The notes beneath the pieces were generated by a model. It did no database searches. It was given only the letters and a program-made list of their open reading frames with translations, and was not told the DNA's origin. Below are positions 48,144 to 60,476 of a DNA stretch of 64,000 nt, one piece after another. A program made the translations under genes and the position numbers. The DNA is taken from positions 1-64,000 of the forward strand of contig CAVZMH010000003.1 in the NCBI GenBank assembly GCA_963776345.1. Reading direction: 5' to 3'. This stretch comes from an uncultured delta proteobacterium (GTDB taxonomy: Bacteria; Myxococcota; Myxococcia; Myxococcales; Myxococcaceae). The stretch's first letter is position 1. Each line of letters starts with the position of its first letter.

Positions 48144-49487
48144 TTGAGCACCGAGGCCTGGCACATCGCGATCGCGGTGGTGCTGGTCCTGATCAACGCG
48201 TTCTTCGTCGCCTCGGAGATGGCGCTGGTCCGGGCCCGGCCCACCCGCTTCCAGACGCTCGCCGAGGACGGGAACCGCGCCGCGGAGCGCACGCTCGGGT
48301 TGCTCGGAAACCTTGGTCCCTATCTGAGCACGGTGCAGTTCGGGGTGACGCTCACCTCGCTCGGCATGGGCTGGGTGGGCGAGCCCGCCTTCGCGGCGGT
48401 CATCGAGCGCGCGCTCCACGCCGCTTTTCCGGAGCGGCACGGCTTTTTGGCCCTGGCCCACACGCTCGCCTTCCTGGTGGGCTTCGCGATCATCACCATC
48501 CTGCATCTGGTCATCGGCGAGCTGGTCCCGAAAAATCTCGGATTGCAGCGGACCGAGTCGGTGGCCATGGCCGTGTCCGGACCGATGCGGGCCATCTACC
48601 TCGTCTCGTATCCGGCGGTGACGGTCATCAACCGGATGGCCTCGGCGGTCTCGCGGCTCCTCGGGCTGAAGCCGGCCGGGTCCGAGGAAATCGCGTTCAA
48701 CCCCGAGGAGCTGGCGATGCTCGTCGACAGCTCGGCGCGCGCCGGCCGGATCACCGAGGAGCGGGCGGAGCTGCTCGCCCGGGCGTTCTCCATGTCCGAG
48801 AAGACGGCCCGCCAGGTCCTCGTCCCCCGGCAGCAGGTCCGCTACCTGGACCTGGACGAGCCGCTGGAGCACAACATCGCCGAGGCCCGCGCCGCCGGCC
48901 ACACCTGGGTGCCCGTCGCCCGCGGGACCCTCGACCAGGTCGAGGGAGTGGTGAACGTCAAGGACCTGTTCTTCCTCCTCGCCAACGGCCAGCTGAAGAG
49001 CCTCGGCCAGGTCCAGCGGCCGGTGCTCTTCGTCCCCGAGAACGTGACGCTGGAGCAGCTCCTCATCGAGTTCAGGAAGCGCCGCCGCCAGCTCGCGGTG
49101 GTGGTCGACGAGCACGGCGGGACGAGCGGCATCGTCACCCTCGCCGACGTGGTCGCCGAGGTGGTGGGGGACGTCGCCGAGCTCGGCCGCCGCGTGTCCG
49201 AGGTGAAGACGCTGCCCGGCGGACGACTGGAGCTGCCGGGCACCACCCAGCTCTCGGACCTGGAGGACCGGCTCGACGTCCGCTTCGACGTGGACCCCGC
49301 CGAGGTGAGCACCATCGCCGGCTTCCTCATGGCCCGGCTCGGACGGGTGCCCGAGCCCGGCGACCACACCGAAGTGGACGAGTTCGAGATCCGCGTCGCC
49401 GAGACCGACGGACCGCGCGTCCTGAAGGTCCGGATCGAGCCGAAGCCGGCCGCCCAGCCGCCCCCGCCGCCGGCCGCATCGGCATGA
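48144..49487 (+). CDS. Hemolysin-family CNNM-CBS-CorC protein
   Basis: NAFFVASEMALV, GELVPK, VDEHGGTSGIVT, STIAGF. Confidence 0.92.
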   Translation: MSTEAWHIAIAVVLVLINAFFVASEMALVRARPTRFQTLAEDGNRAAERTLGLLGNLGPYLSTVQFGVTLTSLGMGWVGEPAFAAVIERALHAAFPERHGFLALAHTLAFLVGFAIITILHLVIGELVPKNLGLQRTESVAMAVSGPMRAIYLVSYPAVTVINRMASAVSRLLGLKPAGSEEIAFNPEELAMLVDSSARAGRITEERAELLARAFSMSEKTARQVLVPRQQVRYLDLDEPLEHNIAEARAAGHTWVPVARGTLDQVEGVVNVKDLFFLLANGQLKSLGQVQRPVLFVPENVTLEQLLIEFRKRRRQLAVVVDEHGGTSGIVTLADVVAEVVGDVAELGRRVSEVKTLPGGRLELPGTTQLSDLEDRLDVRFDVDPAEVSTIAGFLMARLGRVPEPGDHTEVDEFEIRVAETDGPRVLKVRIEPKPAAQPPPPPAASA

Positions 49488-49585
49488 GGGTGCACGTAAG
49501 GTCACGCAGCGTCATGCACCGCTTGCCGCAGACTTCACCGACGCGGTAAAACCTCCCGTCTTTCCCAAGGAGCCTTGACAGCCCC

Positions 49586-52500
49586 ATGCGCATCCGGCGC
49601 CTCGACATCACCGGCTTCAAGTCCTTCATGGACCGGGCGGTGTTCACCTTCGACGAGGGCATCACCGGAGTCGTCGGGCCCAACGGGTGCGGCAAGTCGA
49701 ACGTGGTCGACGCCATCCGCTGGGTGATGGGCGAGCAGAGCGCGAAGAACCTGCGCGGCCGCGGCATGGAGGACGTCATCTTCAACGGGAGCGAGAGCCA
49801 GCCCCCGCTGTCGATGGCCGAGGTGTCGCTCACCTTCGAGGTGGACCCGAGGGACCAGCTCGCGCCCCAGTACGCCGGCTTCGGTGAGGTGACGGTCACC
49901 CGCCGGCTGTTCCGCTCCGGCGAGTCCGAGTACCTCATCAACCGCACCACCTGCCGGCTCCTCGACGTGGTGGAGCTCTTCCTCGGCACCGGCGTGGGCA
50001 CGCGCGCCTACAGCATCATCGAGCAGGGGCGGGTGGGGCTCATCGTCTCGGCCAAGGCCGAGGACCGCCGGAGCATCATCGAGGAGGCGGCCGGGGTGAC
50101 GAAGTACAAGTCGCGCCGGAAGGCCGCCGAGCGAAAGCTCGAGGCGACCGAGGCCAACCTCCTCCGCGTCGCGGACTTGGTGGGCGAGCTGGAGAAGCGG
50201 CTCGACGCGCTCGGCCGCCAGGCGAAGAAGGCCGAGAAGTACCGCTCGCTCAAGGCGCGCATCCGGGAGATCGAGCTGCACCAGGCCAGCCACAAGCTGC
50301 TCGGGCTGCTCGCGGAGCAGAAGCACCTCCAGGATTCCATCTCCGCGCTCGGCGAGACGGAGCAGGCCGCGCTACGGCGGGTGCGGGCGCTCGAGGCCGA
50401 GGTCGAGTCTTGCCGGTCCCGGCTGGAGGCGGACGGGCAGCGGCTCCAGGCGCTCTCCGACGAGGTGCACGCGCTCGACAGCCAGACCCGCGAGACGGAG
50501 CAGGCGCTGGCATTCTGGCGCGCGGATCTCGCCACCGCCGAGGCGGCGGAGTCGGCGGCTAGGGCCGAGGGCGAGGTCCTCGCCGGCCGTCTCTCCGCGC
50601 TGGAGATCCGGCGGACGGCCCTGGAGGCCGAGCTGGCCGCGCTCACCGGCGCCTCGGCGGCGGACGAGGCGGCGATGCGCCGGGCCCAGGAGGGGCTCGA
50701 GGCGGCGCAGGGCCTGCAGCGCGAGGCCCAGGAGCGGCTGGAGCAGGAGCGGCTGGCGCTGCTCGGGCTCGCCGGCCGCATCGCCAACCAGGAGACGCAG
50801 CTCACCGCGCTGTCGGCGCGCCGGGAGGAGCTCCGGGAGCGGCATCGGCTGGCCACGGCCGAGCTGCAGGCGGTGCGGGGGCAGGAGTCCGCGCTGGACC
50901 GCGAGCGCGGCGAGGTGACCCGCAGGGTGCAGCAGAGCCGGCAGCTCACGCTCGAGCTCGCCGAGCGCCGCGGGGCCGAGGAGGACGCGCTGCAGCGCAC
51001 CCGGGCCGCCTTCGCCGAGAGCGAGGTTGGCGTCATCTCGCTCCGCGAGGAGCTGGCGGACCGGCGCAGCCGCCTCCACTCGCTGGAGGAGATCCAGCGT
51101 CACTACGAGGGCTTCGACCGCGGCGTGCGTGCGGTGATGCTCCGGGCCGGCGCCGAGGCGCGCTCGCAGGGCATCTTCGGCCTGGTGGCGGACGTGGTCG
51201 CCACCTCGCCGCGCTTCGAGCGGGCCATCGAGGCGGCGCTGGGAGCCCGGCTCCAGAACGTGCTCGTCGGGAGCCGCTCGGTGGGGCTCGAGCTCTCGCG
51301 CTACCTGGCGTCGGTCGCCGAGGGGCGGAGCTCGTTCCTCCCGGTTCCCGAGCTGGCGGTCGCACCGTCGCTTCCGCTGCCGGAGGGTCTCTCCGGGGTC
51401 CTGGGCCGCGCGACGGACGAGGTCCGCGCCGAGCCCGAGTTCCGGCCGGTGATCGACCTGCTCCTCGGCAACGTGCTCCTGGTCGAGGACCTCGAGGCTG
51501 CGGCCCGGGTGCGAGACCTGGCTCCGGCCTTCACCGCGGTGACGCTCGCCGGCGAGGTGCTGGCGGCGGACGGGACGCTCACCGGCGGCGTGCTGGAGGG
51601 CCCGGGCTCGGGCGCGCTCCAGAAGAAGCGGGAGATCGCCGAGCTGGCCGAGACGGTGGCCGCGACCGAGGCCCGCTACAACGAGCTGCTCACCCGGCAC
51701 TACGCGCTCCAGAAGCAGATCCTCCACACCGAGGAGCTGCTCAAGGGCCTGCAGAAGCACCACCACGAGGAGGAGCTGGTCCGCTCCGCCCTGGAGAAGG
51801 ACCTGCACCAGGCCTCCGAGCAGCTGGCCCGGTTCCGCGATCGGATCGGCCAGCTGGTCCGTGACTCCGAGGCGCTCGAGGAGTCGCTGGCCCGGGTGGA
51901 CCGGGACGAGGAGGCGGCCCGCGGCGAGTCGGCGCACGCCCAGGCCGAGCGGGCCTCGCGCGAGGATCGGGCCCGCGAGCTCCAGGAACGTCTCGAAGGG
52001 CTGCAGCGCTCCGCCGAGGCCCATGGGCAGGAGCTGATGGCGCTCCGGGTCAAGGTCGCCTCGCACGCCGAGCGCGCCGAGGCGGCGCGGGCGTCGCTGG
52101 CCGAAGTCACCTCCGGCCTGGCCGAGCTGGCCGAGCGGCAGTCACGGGCGCAGGAGGCGCGCGCCCAGGCCGTCGCGAGGCGCGAGGAGCTGAGCGGCCG
52201 GATCGCCGCCGCGGAGGAAGGTCACACCGGGCGGCTCCAGCGCCTGGCCGAGGGGACGGCGCAGCTGGAGGAGGGACGCCGGGCTCACGCCGGGGAGGTG
52301 GCGCGAGTCCGGGCGGACGAGACCAGCCTGCGCGACGAGCGCGCCCGGCTGGACGGCGTGACCGAGGGGCTCGGGCAGATCACCCTCCGCGAGCGCGCGC
52401 TGGTGCTGGACGTGGAGCACCTGGTCCGCTCGGTCGAGGAGCGCCACCAGACCGACCTGGGGGAGGAGCTGCACCGGTTCCACACCTACCGGCTGCTGGA

Positions 52501-53179
52501 GGCCTCCGAGGAGCAGCAGCTCCGCGAGCTGCGCGGGCAGCTGGAGCGGCTCGGGGAGATCAACCTCACCGCCATCGAGGAGCACCAGGAGGTGGCGCAG
52601 CGGCACGGCTTCCTCGCCGGGCAGAAGCGGGACCTCGAGGCGAGCATCAAGGCGCTGCGCGAGGCCATCGCCAAGATCGACCGCACCAGCCGCGAGCGCT
52701 TCGCCCGGACCTTCGAGGTGGTGAACGACCGCTTCCAGCGTGTCTTCCCTCGCCTGTTCGGCGGCGGGCGGGCCGGCCTGCTCCTCACCGAGGAGGGCCC
52801 CACCGGCGAGCCGGGGGTGGAGATCGTCGCCCAGCCGCCGGGGAAGAAGCTGCAGAGCGTGACCCTGCTCTCGGGCGGGGAGAAGGCGCTGACCGCCGTC
52901 GCCCTCATCTTCGCCATCTTCCTCATCAAGCCCACGCCGTTCTGCCTGCTGGACGAGGTGGACGCCCCGCTCGACGAGGGAAACGTCGGCCGCTACAACG
53001 ACCTGCTCCGCGAGATGTCGAAGCAGTCGCAGTTCATCCTCATCACCCACAACAAGCGGACCATGGAGGTCGTGGACACGCTGTACGGGGTGACGATGGA
53101 GGAGCCGGGCATCAGCAAGCTGGTGTCGGTCCGGCTCCGCGATGCCGCCGCGGCCAACGACGACCAGGCGGTGGCCTGA
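49586..53179 (+). CDS. smc: Chromosome segregation protein SMC
   Basis: GFKSF, GPNGCGKSN, hinge, LSGGEK, LDEVDAPLD, ITHNK. Confidence 0.97.
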   Translation: MRIRRLDITGFKSFMDRAVFTFDEGITGVVGPNGCGKSNVVDAIRWVMGEQSAKNLRGRGMEDVIFNGSESQPPLSMAEVSLTFEVDPRDQLAPQYAGFGEVTVTRRLFRSGESEYLINRTTCRLLDVVELFLGTGVGTRAYSIIEQGRVGLIVSAKAEDRRSIIEEAAGVTKYKSRRKAAERKLEATEANLLRVADLVGELEKRLDALGRQAKKAEKYRSLKARIREIELHQASHKLLGLLAEQKHLQDSISALGETEQAALRRVRALEAEVESCRSRLEADGQRLQALSDEVHALDSQTRETEQALAFWRADLATAEAAESAARAEGEVLAGRLSALEIRRTALEAELAALTGASAADEAAMRRAQEGLEAAQGLQREAQERLEQERLALLGLAGRIANQETQLTALSARREELRERHRLATAELQAVRGQESALDRERGEVTRRVQQSRQLTLELAERRGAEEDALQRTRAAFAESEVGVISLREELADRRSRLHSLEEIQRHYEGFDRGVRAVMLRAGAEARSQGIFGLVADVVATSPRFERAIEAALGARLQNVLVGSRSVGLELSRYLASVAEGRSSFLPVPELAVAPSLPLPEGLSGVLGRATDEVRAEPEFRPVIDLLLGNVLLVEDLEAAARVRDLAPAFTAVTLAGEVLAADGTLTGGVLEGPGSGALQKKREIAELAETVAATEARYNELLTRHYALQKQILHTEELLKGLQKHHHEEELVRSALEKDLHQASEQLARFRDRIGQLVRDSEALEESLARVDRDEEAARGESAHAQAERASREDRARELQERLEGLQRSAEAHGQELMALRVKVASHAERAEAARASLAEVTSGLAELAERQSRAQEARAQAVARREELSGRIAAAEEGHTGRLQRLAEGTAQLEEGRRAHAGEVARVRADETSLRDERARLDGVTEGLGQITLRERALVLDVEHLVRSVEERHQTDLGEELHRFHTYRLLEASEEQQLRELRGQLERLGEINLTAIEEHQEVAQRHGFLAGQKRDLEASIKALREAIAKIDRTSRERFARTFEVVNDRFQRVFPRLFGGGRAGLLLTEEGPTGEPGVEIVAQPPGKKLQSVTLLSGGEKALTAVALIFAIFLIKPTPFCLLDEVDAPLDEGNVGRYNDLLREMSKQSQFILITHNKRTMEVVDTLYGVTMEEPGISKLVSVRLRDAAAANDDQAVA

Positions 53180-53181
53180 GA

Positions 53182-53220
53182 GGGACCCGGGCGGCGCCTC
53201 GGGTGCGCCGCCAGGGTCCC
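53182..53220. terminator. GC-rich hairpin between convergent genes
   Basis: GGGACCC-G-GGCGGCGC / GCGCCGCC-A-GGGTCCC immediately after the smc stop; no U-tract. Confidence 0.5.
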
Positions 53221-53287
53221 GGGGCCTGGCCCTAACGTCGAGACCACTTGGCAAGCGAGGGACGGATCGATCCAAGTGGTTTCGGCG

Positions 53288-54535
53288 TTAGTACTTCTCC
53301 TTGGGGCAGGCCTTCTCGTTCGCGGTCCGGAGCTGCTTGGACGCGTCGATCTGCTTCTGGGTGTCGGACAGCGCTCCGACCGAGGCCTTCTCGGCGTCCG
53401 CCCAGGATGGATCCTTGGCCTTGAGCGTCTGGGCCAGCGTCACCGCCTGCTGCTCCACGGTGGCCTCGCCCTCCAGGGCCTTGGTGTACGCGTCGTCCGC
53501 CTTCACCAGGGCCGCGCAGCCCGCCTTGAGGTCCTTCACCATCCCGTCGGCGGCCTTGCGCTTCTTGCCATCCTTGGAGTTGGCCGCGGCCTGGTAGGCC
53601 TGGACCTGCCCGTCGTAGGTGTTCGCCACCTGCTGCCGCCGGGAGAGCGCGGCGAAGGCCTCGGCCTGGCGCTGCTCGCGCACCGCGTCCAGCTGCGCGA
53701 ACTGGAGCTGTGGCGTCGTGCTGGCGGGCATCGCCGCCGGGCCGCTGGAGTTGACCAGGAGCACCTGCACCGGAACCGCGAGCTGCTCGGCGCTGCTCTT
53801 CAGGGGCAGGGACTCGATGCGCTGGTTGAGGCAGCTCGCGAGCTGGGCGCCGGCCGGATCCGACGGCTGCAGTGCGGAGACCACTCCCTTGCTGATGACC
53901 GCGCCGCCGTCGGGTGCCTTGAGCCGGTCGGCGTACTTGGTGACCTCCTCGCGGGTCAGGGTGACCGACCCGGCGAACTCCGGCGGAGCCAGGGTCCGCA
54001 TGGGCTCGAAGCAGCTGCACCACTGGGGGACCGCGAGGCGGATGGTTCCCTGGACGTCGGACGCCTCGTTCACGCCCATCCGCACCATGGTGCTCGGCTC
54101 ACGCTCGAACGGGCCCTCGAAGGTGATGGGCTTGCTGCCCGCGGGGGCGGACAGGCCCCCGATCTGGGCGCGGGTGGCCTTCTCGATGCACGTCTGGCCG
54201 GCGGGCTGCAGGCCGTCGCCGCTGACCGCGACGGTGGTGCCGGTGCCGTCGATGGAGATGGCGACCTTGCCCTTGGTCGGGACGCTCGGGTTCTGAACCC
54301 GGGCGTCCGCCAGGCACTCCTGGATGGCGGGCCGCGCGCCGCGGAAGGCGGCCTGCAGCGTGTACTCGTTCGCCGTCTTGCCCAGGTCGAGCTTGGGCGG
54401 GAAGCAGTTGGAGATGTCGAACGGGACCAGGTTCACCACGCGCTGGCGCTCGGTGGGGCTGGCCCCGCCGGCGCTCTGACCGCCCGCGCAGGCCAGGACC
54501 ACCACCGCGATCAACAGGGAAAGCTGGCGTCTCAT
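53288..54535 (-). CDS. Hypothetical Cys-containing lipoprotein
   Basis: GGAGGAG RBS; VVLAC lipobox; C-terminal helical region. Confidence 0.75.
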   Translation of the reverse strand: MRRQLSLLIAVVVLACAGGQSAGGASPTERQRVVNLVPFDISNCFPPKLDLGKTANEYTLQAAFRGARPAIQECLADARVQNPSVPTKGKVAISIDGTGTTVAVSGDGLQPAGQTCIEKATRAQIGGLSAPAGSKPITFEGPFEREPSTMVRMGVNEASDVQGTIRLAVPQWCSCFEPMRTLAPPEFAGSVTLTREEVTKYADRLKAPDGGAVISKGVVSALQPSDPAGAQLASCLNQRIESLPLKSSAEQLAVPVQVLLVNSSGPAAMPASTTPQLQFAQLDAVREQRQAEAFAALSRRQQVANTYDGQVQAYQAAANSKDGKKRKAADGMVKDLKAGCAALVKADDAYTKALEGEATVEQQAVTLAQTLKAKDPSWADAEKASVGALSDTQKQIDASKQLRTANEKACPKEKY

Positions 54536-54649
54536 CGGCGCTCCTCCTCCTACGTCTCGTCGAAGCAGCGGCGGGGGGGTTACCAGAGATCGGCCGGCAG
54601 GTGCACTCCTCATTGCGCGGCGTCGTCGCCGGTGCTGGAGAGTGGGGGC

Positions 54650-55057
54650 ATGACGCAGGCGCTCGGAGGGTGGACGGGGGAGGGCGGGGCCTGGGGCGCG
54701 CTGGCCTTCCTCGCCTCGGTGGGTGTCGCCGGGCTCCTCGAGCCCGTGCAGGACCGGCTGCGGGCCGACGAGGGCCGGGCGTGGTGGGCCTCGAACGGCC
54801 GCGACGTGCTGAACGCGGTGGCGCTGGGCGCGGTCAGCGCGGGGCTGTGGGTCTACGGTTTTCGGGGTCCGCTGGTGGTGTGCGTGGCGGGGACGCTGGT
54901 GCTCCTGCTCTCGATGTCGCAGACGCGGCTCGAGTCCCGGCCGCGGACCACGCTGTGGTCGGTGGGGGTGGCCCTGGCGCTCGGAACGCCGGTGCTCGTC
55001 GCCCCGGCGGCGGTGGCCCGCGCCTTCGAGCGCCTGGTCGTCGCGCTCGGACCCTGA
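54650..55057 (+). CDS. Small membrane protein
   Basis: Several hydrophobic segments; WWASNGRDVLN. Confidence 0.7.
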   Translation: MTQALGGWTGEGGAWGALAFLASVGVAGLLEPVQDRLRADEGRAWWASNGRDVLNAVALGAVSAGLWVYGFRGPLVVCVAGTLVLLLSMSQTRLESRPRTTLWSVGVALALGTPVLVAPAAVARAFERLVVALGP

Positions 55058-55059
55058 GC

Positions 55060-56100
55060 CTACGGCCAGCGAACGCGGCGCGCGCCGCCACCCGCGGGCT
55101 CCACCTCGAGGCGGACGTCGCGGGTGCCCTGCCGGGCGCGGTCCAGCGACTCCGGCGTCGCCGGTGCGCCGTCGATCGCGGTGACCACGTCGCCGGCGTG
55201 GAGCCGGGTCGTCACCTCGGCGGCGCGGATGAACACGCCGGGCGGACGGCGCATGAGCCGTGCGGCCTCATCCTCCCCGAGGCCGGGGTTGGCCAGCCGG
55301 AGCTGCGCCAGCCGGCGCACCTCGGCCTCCAGCCCCATCCCGCCGGACGGTCCGAGCAATCGCCAGGCGTCCACCGCCGGGCGAGGCGGGTGCGACCACC
55401 GGCCCTCCAGCCCGGCCAGCGCGTCCTCGGCCACCCGGTCGAGCAGCGGGCCTGGACCCTCGCCGTCGGTCCGGAAGGGGTCGACGCGCACCTCGGCCGC
55501 GCTCTCCACCACCACCCGGCCGGTGCTCGGATGGATGAGCTCCACCCGGACGCGATCGATCCACTCCGCGCTCGTCCCGACGCCCGAGGGTCCGGCGCGT
55601 CCGGCCACCTCCTGCCGGCCCTCGGCGGTGGTCCGGTCCAGACGGGCCCGGACCAGCAGCACCTCGGTGGGGGCCACGGCCGCGGCGCGGATGGACGTCA
55701 GCGCGTCGGTGGCGGTCCAGTCGCTCCGCTCGGGGTGGAGCGGGTGAATCTCGCTCGCGCCCCAGACCAGCGCCCGTCCGGATGCGGCGGCGACGGTGCG
55801 GAGTCCCAGCCGGGCCGAGAGGGCCAGCGCCTCGTCGTCGCTGACCCCGCCCGACCCACGAAGCCGCTCGACGACCAGCGCCGAGACCCGCAGGTCGGGA
55901 ACCGGCTCGGTCCGGCGGGTGGGCGCGCCCGCGCAACCCAGCAGGAGAGAAGCGGCGAGCAGGGGTGGGGCGAGGGAGGGGCGAATGGAACAGAGCGTAC
56001 CGCGAGCCGGGCCCCCGCCGCCGTTCAGGCCATCGCTCGGTGCATCGCCGGGCTCGGGATGTGGTGCAGACGGAGCCGGGCGCGCCTGGAGGGAGCACAT
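55060..56100 (-). CDS. Hypothetical lipoprotein with C-terminal PDZ-like segment (start uncertain)
   Basis: LLLGC lipobox; LHAGDVVTAIDG. Confidence 0.6.
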   Translation of the reverse strand: MCSLQARPAPSAPHPEPGDAPSDGLNGGGGPARGTLCSIRPSLAPPLLAASLLLGCAGAPTRRTEPVPDLRVSALVVERLRGSGGVSDDEALALSARLGLRTVAAASGRALVWGASEIHPLHPERSDWTATDALTSIRAAAVAPTEVLLVRARLDRTTAEGRQEVAGRAGPSGVGTSAEWIDRVRVELIHPSTGRVVVESAAEVRVDPFRTDGEGPGPLLDRVAEDALAGLEGRWSHPPRPAVDAWRLLGPSGGMGLEAEVRRLAQLRLANPGLGEDEAARLMRRPPGVFIRAAEVTTRLHAGDVVTAIDGAPATPESLDRARQGTRDVRLEVEPAGGGARRVRWP

Positions 56101-56127
56101 CCGCCGTCCTGGCGGACGTGCGGGGCC

Positions 56128-56388
56128 TCAGGGCATCGCGAGCAGGGGCTGGAACTTGCCCTCGCCGTCCAGGCGGACCAGGTCGGTGTATCCACCCACG
56201 TGGACGTCGCCGACGAAGATCTGGGGGACGGTCCGCTGCCCGTGCGAGCGCTTCACCAGCCGCGCCCGGGTCTCGTCGTCGCCGGTCACGTCCACCTCCT
56301 GGTAGGGGACGCCCCGGGACCGCAGGTACTCCTTGGCCCGCGAACAGAAGACGCACGAGCCGGTGGTGTAGATGGTGACGGCGGCCAT
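56128..56388 (-). CDS. grxC: Glutaredoxin 3
   Basis: CVFC active site; RTVPQIF; GGYTDL. Confidence 0.9.
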   Translation of the reverse strand: MAAVTIYTTGSCVFCSRAKEYLRSRGVPYQEVDVTGDDETRARLVKRSHGQRTVPQIFVGDVHVGGYTDLVRLDGEGKFQPLLAMP

Positions 56389-56513
56389 GGCTCCCTGACT
56401 CGTGGACGTCCTGGTCCCGGCGTGGTCAACTCACGTGTTCGGGCTCCCCAGTCATGTGGCCGGGGCACGCCGGACGCCAGTGGAAAAGTGGTGTCCGTGG
56501 GGGTCAGACGGCG

Positions 56514-56858
56514 GTGCAGAACACGCGGGTCCTCGGCCGGCAACGCCGCCGCTTCAAGGTGCAGATGGGGGCCGCGTCGGGCTTCACCGTCGACGTGTCG
56601 GCAGGCGGGTTCTGCGCCGAGCTGATGCGGGTCTTCCCCAAGGGCACGGCGGTCAAGGGCACGCTCCTGGTGGACGGCGAGGACTTCCCCTTCTCCGGCC
56701 GGGTGGCCTGGGCCAAGCAGGGCGACTTCCGGCTCAACATGCGCGGGCGGATGGGGGTGACCTTCACCGACGCTCCCGAGGAGCTCCGCCGCATGTTCGG
56801 TGTCGGGCCGTCGGGCACGCCGCTCCCCGCACCTGGCCCATTCCCCCACCGGGGGTGA
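56514..56858 (+). CDS. PilZ-domain protein
   Basis: RQRRR and DVSAGG motifs; GRVAWAK; MGVTF. Confidence 0.75.
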   Translation: MQNTRVLGRQRRRFKVQMGAASGFTVDVSAGGFCAELMRVFPKGTAVKGTLLVDGEDFPFSGRVAWAKQGDFRLNMRGRMGVTFTDAPEELRRMFGVGPSGTPLPAPGPFPHRG

Positions 56859-56957
56859 GCTGCACGGGGGCCCGGGACGACGCGGCCCCCGCCCCGGATC
56901 CGCGAATGGATCCGGAACGAGGGCCGTGAGACTGCGGAAGGCCCCGGGGGCCGGGCC

Positions 56958-59157
<2,200 letters not shown>

Positions 59158-59230
59158 CGCAACCCCTCGGAATTGCTGGACCCGGGGGTGCACGGGTGCC
59201 GCCAGGGTTGCTAGCCTTGGGGGGGCATCG

Positions 59231-59818
59231 ATGGATCTGGTCGCGGTCACGTCGCTGAAGCAGTTCTTCAAGTCCCTTCTGGACGAGGCGCTCGGGCAGA
59301 CCGGGCTCGACGTCGCCGAGGTCACCGAGTTCTACCTGGCCAACCTCCTGGCCGAGTTCGCCGCCGCCGACCGGCTGTTCGCCCCCGACGAGCCGGGCGG
59401 CGCCGGGGAACCGCTCGCTCTGCTGTACCACCGGGCGCAGGCCGCCGAGCGCGAGGAGCGCATCCGCATCCTCCGGCGGCTGGGCGACGTCTCGCTCTAC
59501 AAGGCCGGGTTCTTCGCCGGCGCGCTGCGGGACAGCGTGGTGGGGCAGGGCTACACCATCGACATGGGTCGGGCGGCGTACGGCCAGGTGGCGGCGCTCT
59601 CCCGCGGCGGCTTCGCCCACGTGTACGACGAGCTGGGCCGGAAGTTCCGGCCGCTGGTCGAGGTGCTGGAGGGAATCGCCGCCCGCTCCTCGGCGCGCAG
59701 CTCTCCGTCGGGCGCGCTCCGGGTCTACGAGTCCTGGCGCCGCACCGGGAGCGACACCCTGGAGGGCGTCCTGGTCGACGCGGGCCTCCTCAAGCCCGGC
59801 GGAGGGCTCCCCAACTGA
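59231..59818 (+). CDS. Hypothetical helical protein divergent from groES
   Basis: EFYLANLL, LRRLGDVSLYKAGFF, IDMGRAAY, YESWRRTGS. Confidence 0.8.
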   Translation: MDLVAVTSLKQFFKSLLDEALGQTGLDVAEVTEFYLANLLAEFAAADRLFAPDEPGGAGEPLALLYHRAQAAEREERIRILRRLGDVSLYKAGFFAGALRDSVVGQGYTIDMGRAAYGQVAALSRGGFAHVYDELGRKFRPLVEVLEGIAARSSARSSPSGALRVYESWRRTGSDTLEGVLVDAGLLKPGGGLPN

Positions 59819-60453
59819 AGCTCGTCGACGAGGTCCAGGATCAGCTCGAGGCCATCTACGACATCGAGTGTCCGAGGGCCTCGGCGTTCCTCCTCCGCCC
59901 GGAGGACGCTGCGCTGCTTCGCTCTCCGGCGTCCGACGAGGAGCTCTGGGTCCACGAGGGCGAGGACGGGCTCGAGGTCGGGCTCTATTACTCGGCCGCG
60001 CTCCGGACTCACCTCGGGGAGCGGTCGCTGCGCGAGACGGGCTGGCTCGCGCCCGGGCTCGACGCGTACTGCCGCCTCGCCGAGGGCGTGAGCCACTTCC
60101 TCTACCTGGCCCGCTCCGCGGCGCTCGACCGGCGGCTCTCCATCCTCGAGCTCGAGGTCCAGGCCGAGGTCGACAAGTTCGCGAGCCTGGCCCTCCACCG
60201 CTGGCCCTCGCTCCAGGGCGCGTCCGCCCGGGAGCTCCACGCCCGGCTGTTCCGGGACGTCTCGTATCGCCCTGGGCTGGGTCCCGAGGAGCGGTTCCGG
60301 TACGCCGAGGCCAACCGGCTGGCGGCGCTCTTCACCGCCCGGCTCCTGGCCCACGTGATGACCCGACGGCTGGACCGGCTCCTCGAGGCGCTGAGGTACG
60401 CTTACCGGCTCGGGGCGGAGGCCAAGCTGCAGCACCTGGCGCGCGCGGCCTGA
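59815..60453 (+). CDS. Hypothetical protein, probable CTG start
   Basis: Open frame from CTG 59815: VQDQLEAIYDI...EGVSHFLYL...LELEVQAEVDKF...RYAEANRLA. Confidence 0.75.
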   Translation: MKLVDEVQDQLEAIYDIECPRASAFLLRPEDAALLRSPASDEELWVHEGEDGLEVGLYYSAALRTHLGERSLRETGWLAPGLDAYCRLAEGVSHFLYLARSAALDRRLSILELEVQAEVDKFASLALHRWPSLQGASARELHARLFRDVSYRPGLGPEERFRYAEANRLAALFTARLLAHVMTRRLDRLLEALRYAYRLGAEAKLQHLARAA

Positions 60454-60476
60454 GGCTCCTGCTACAGTCCGCCCTG

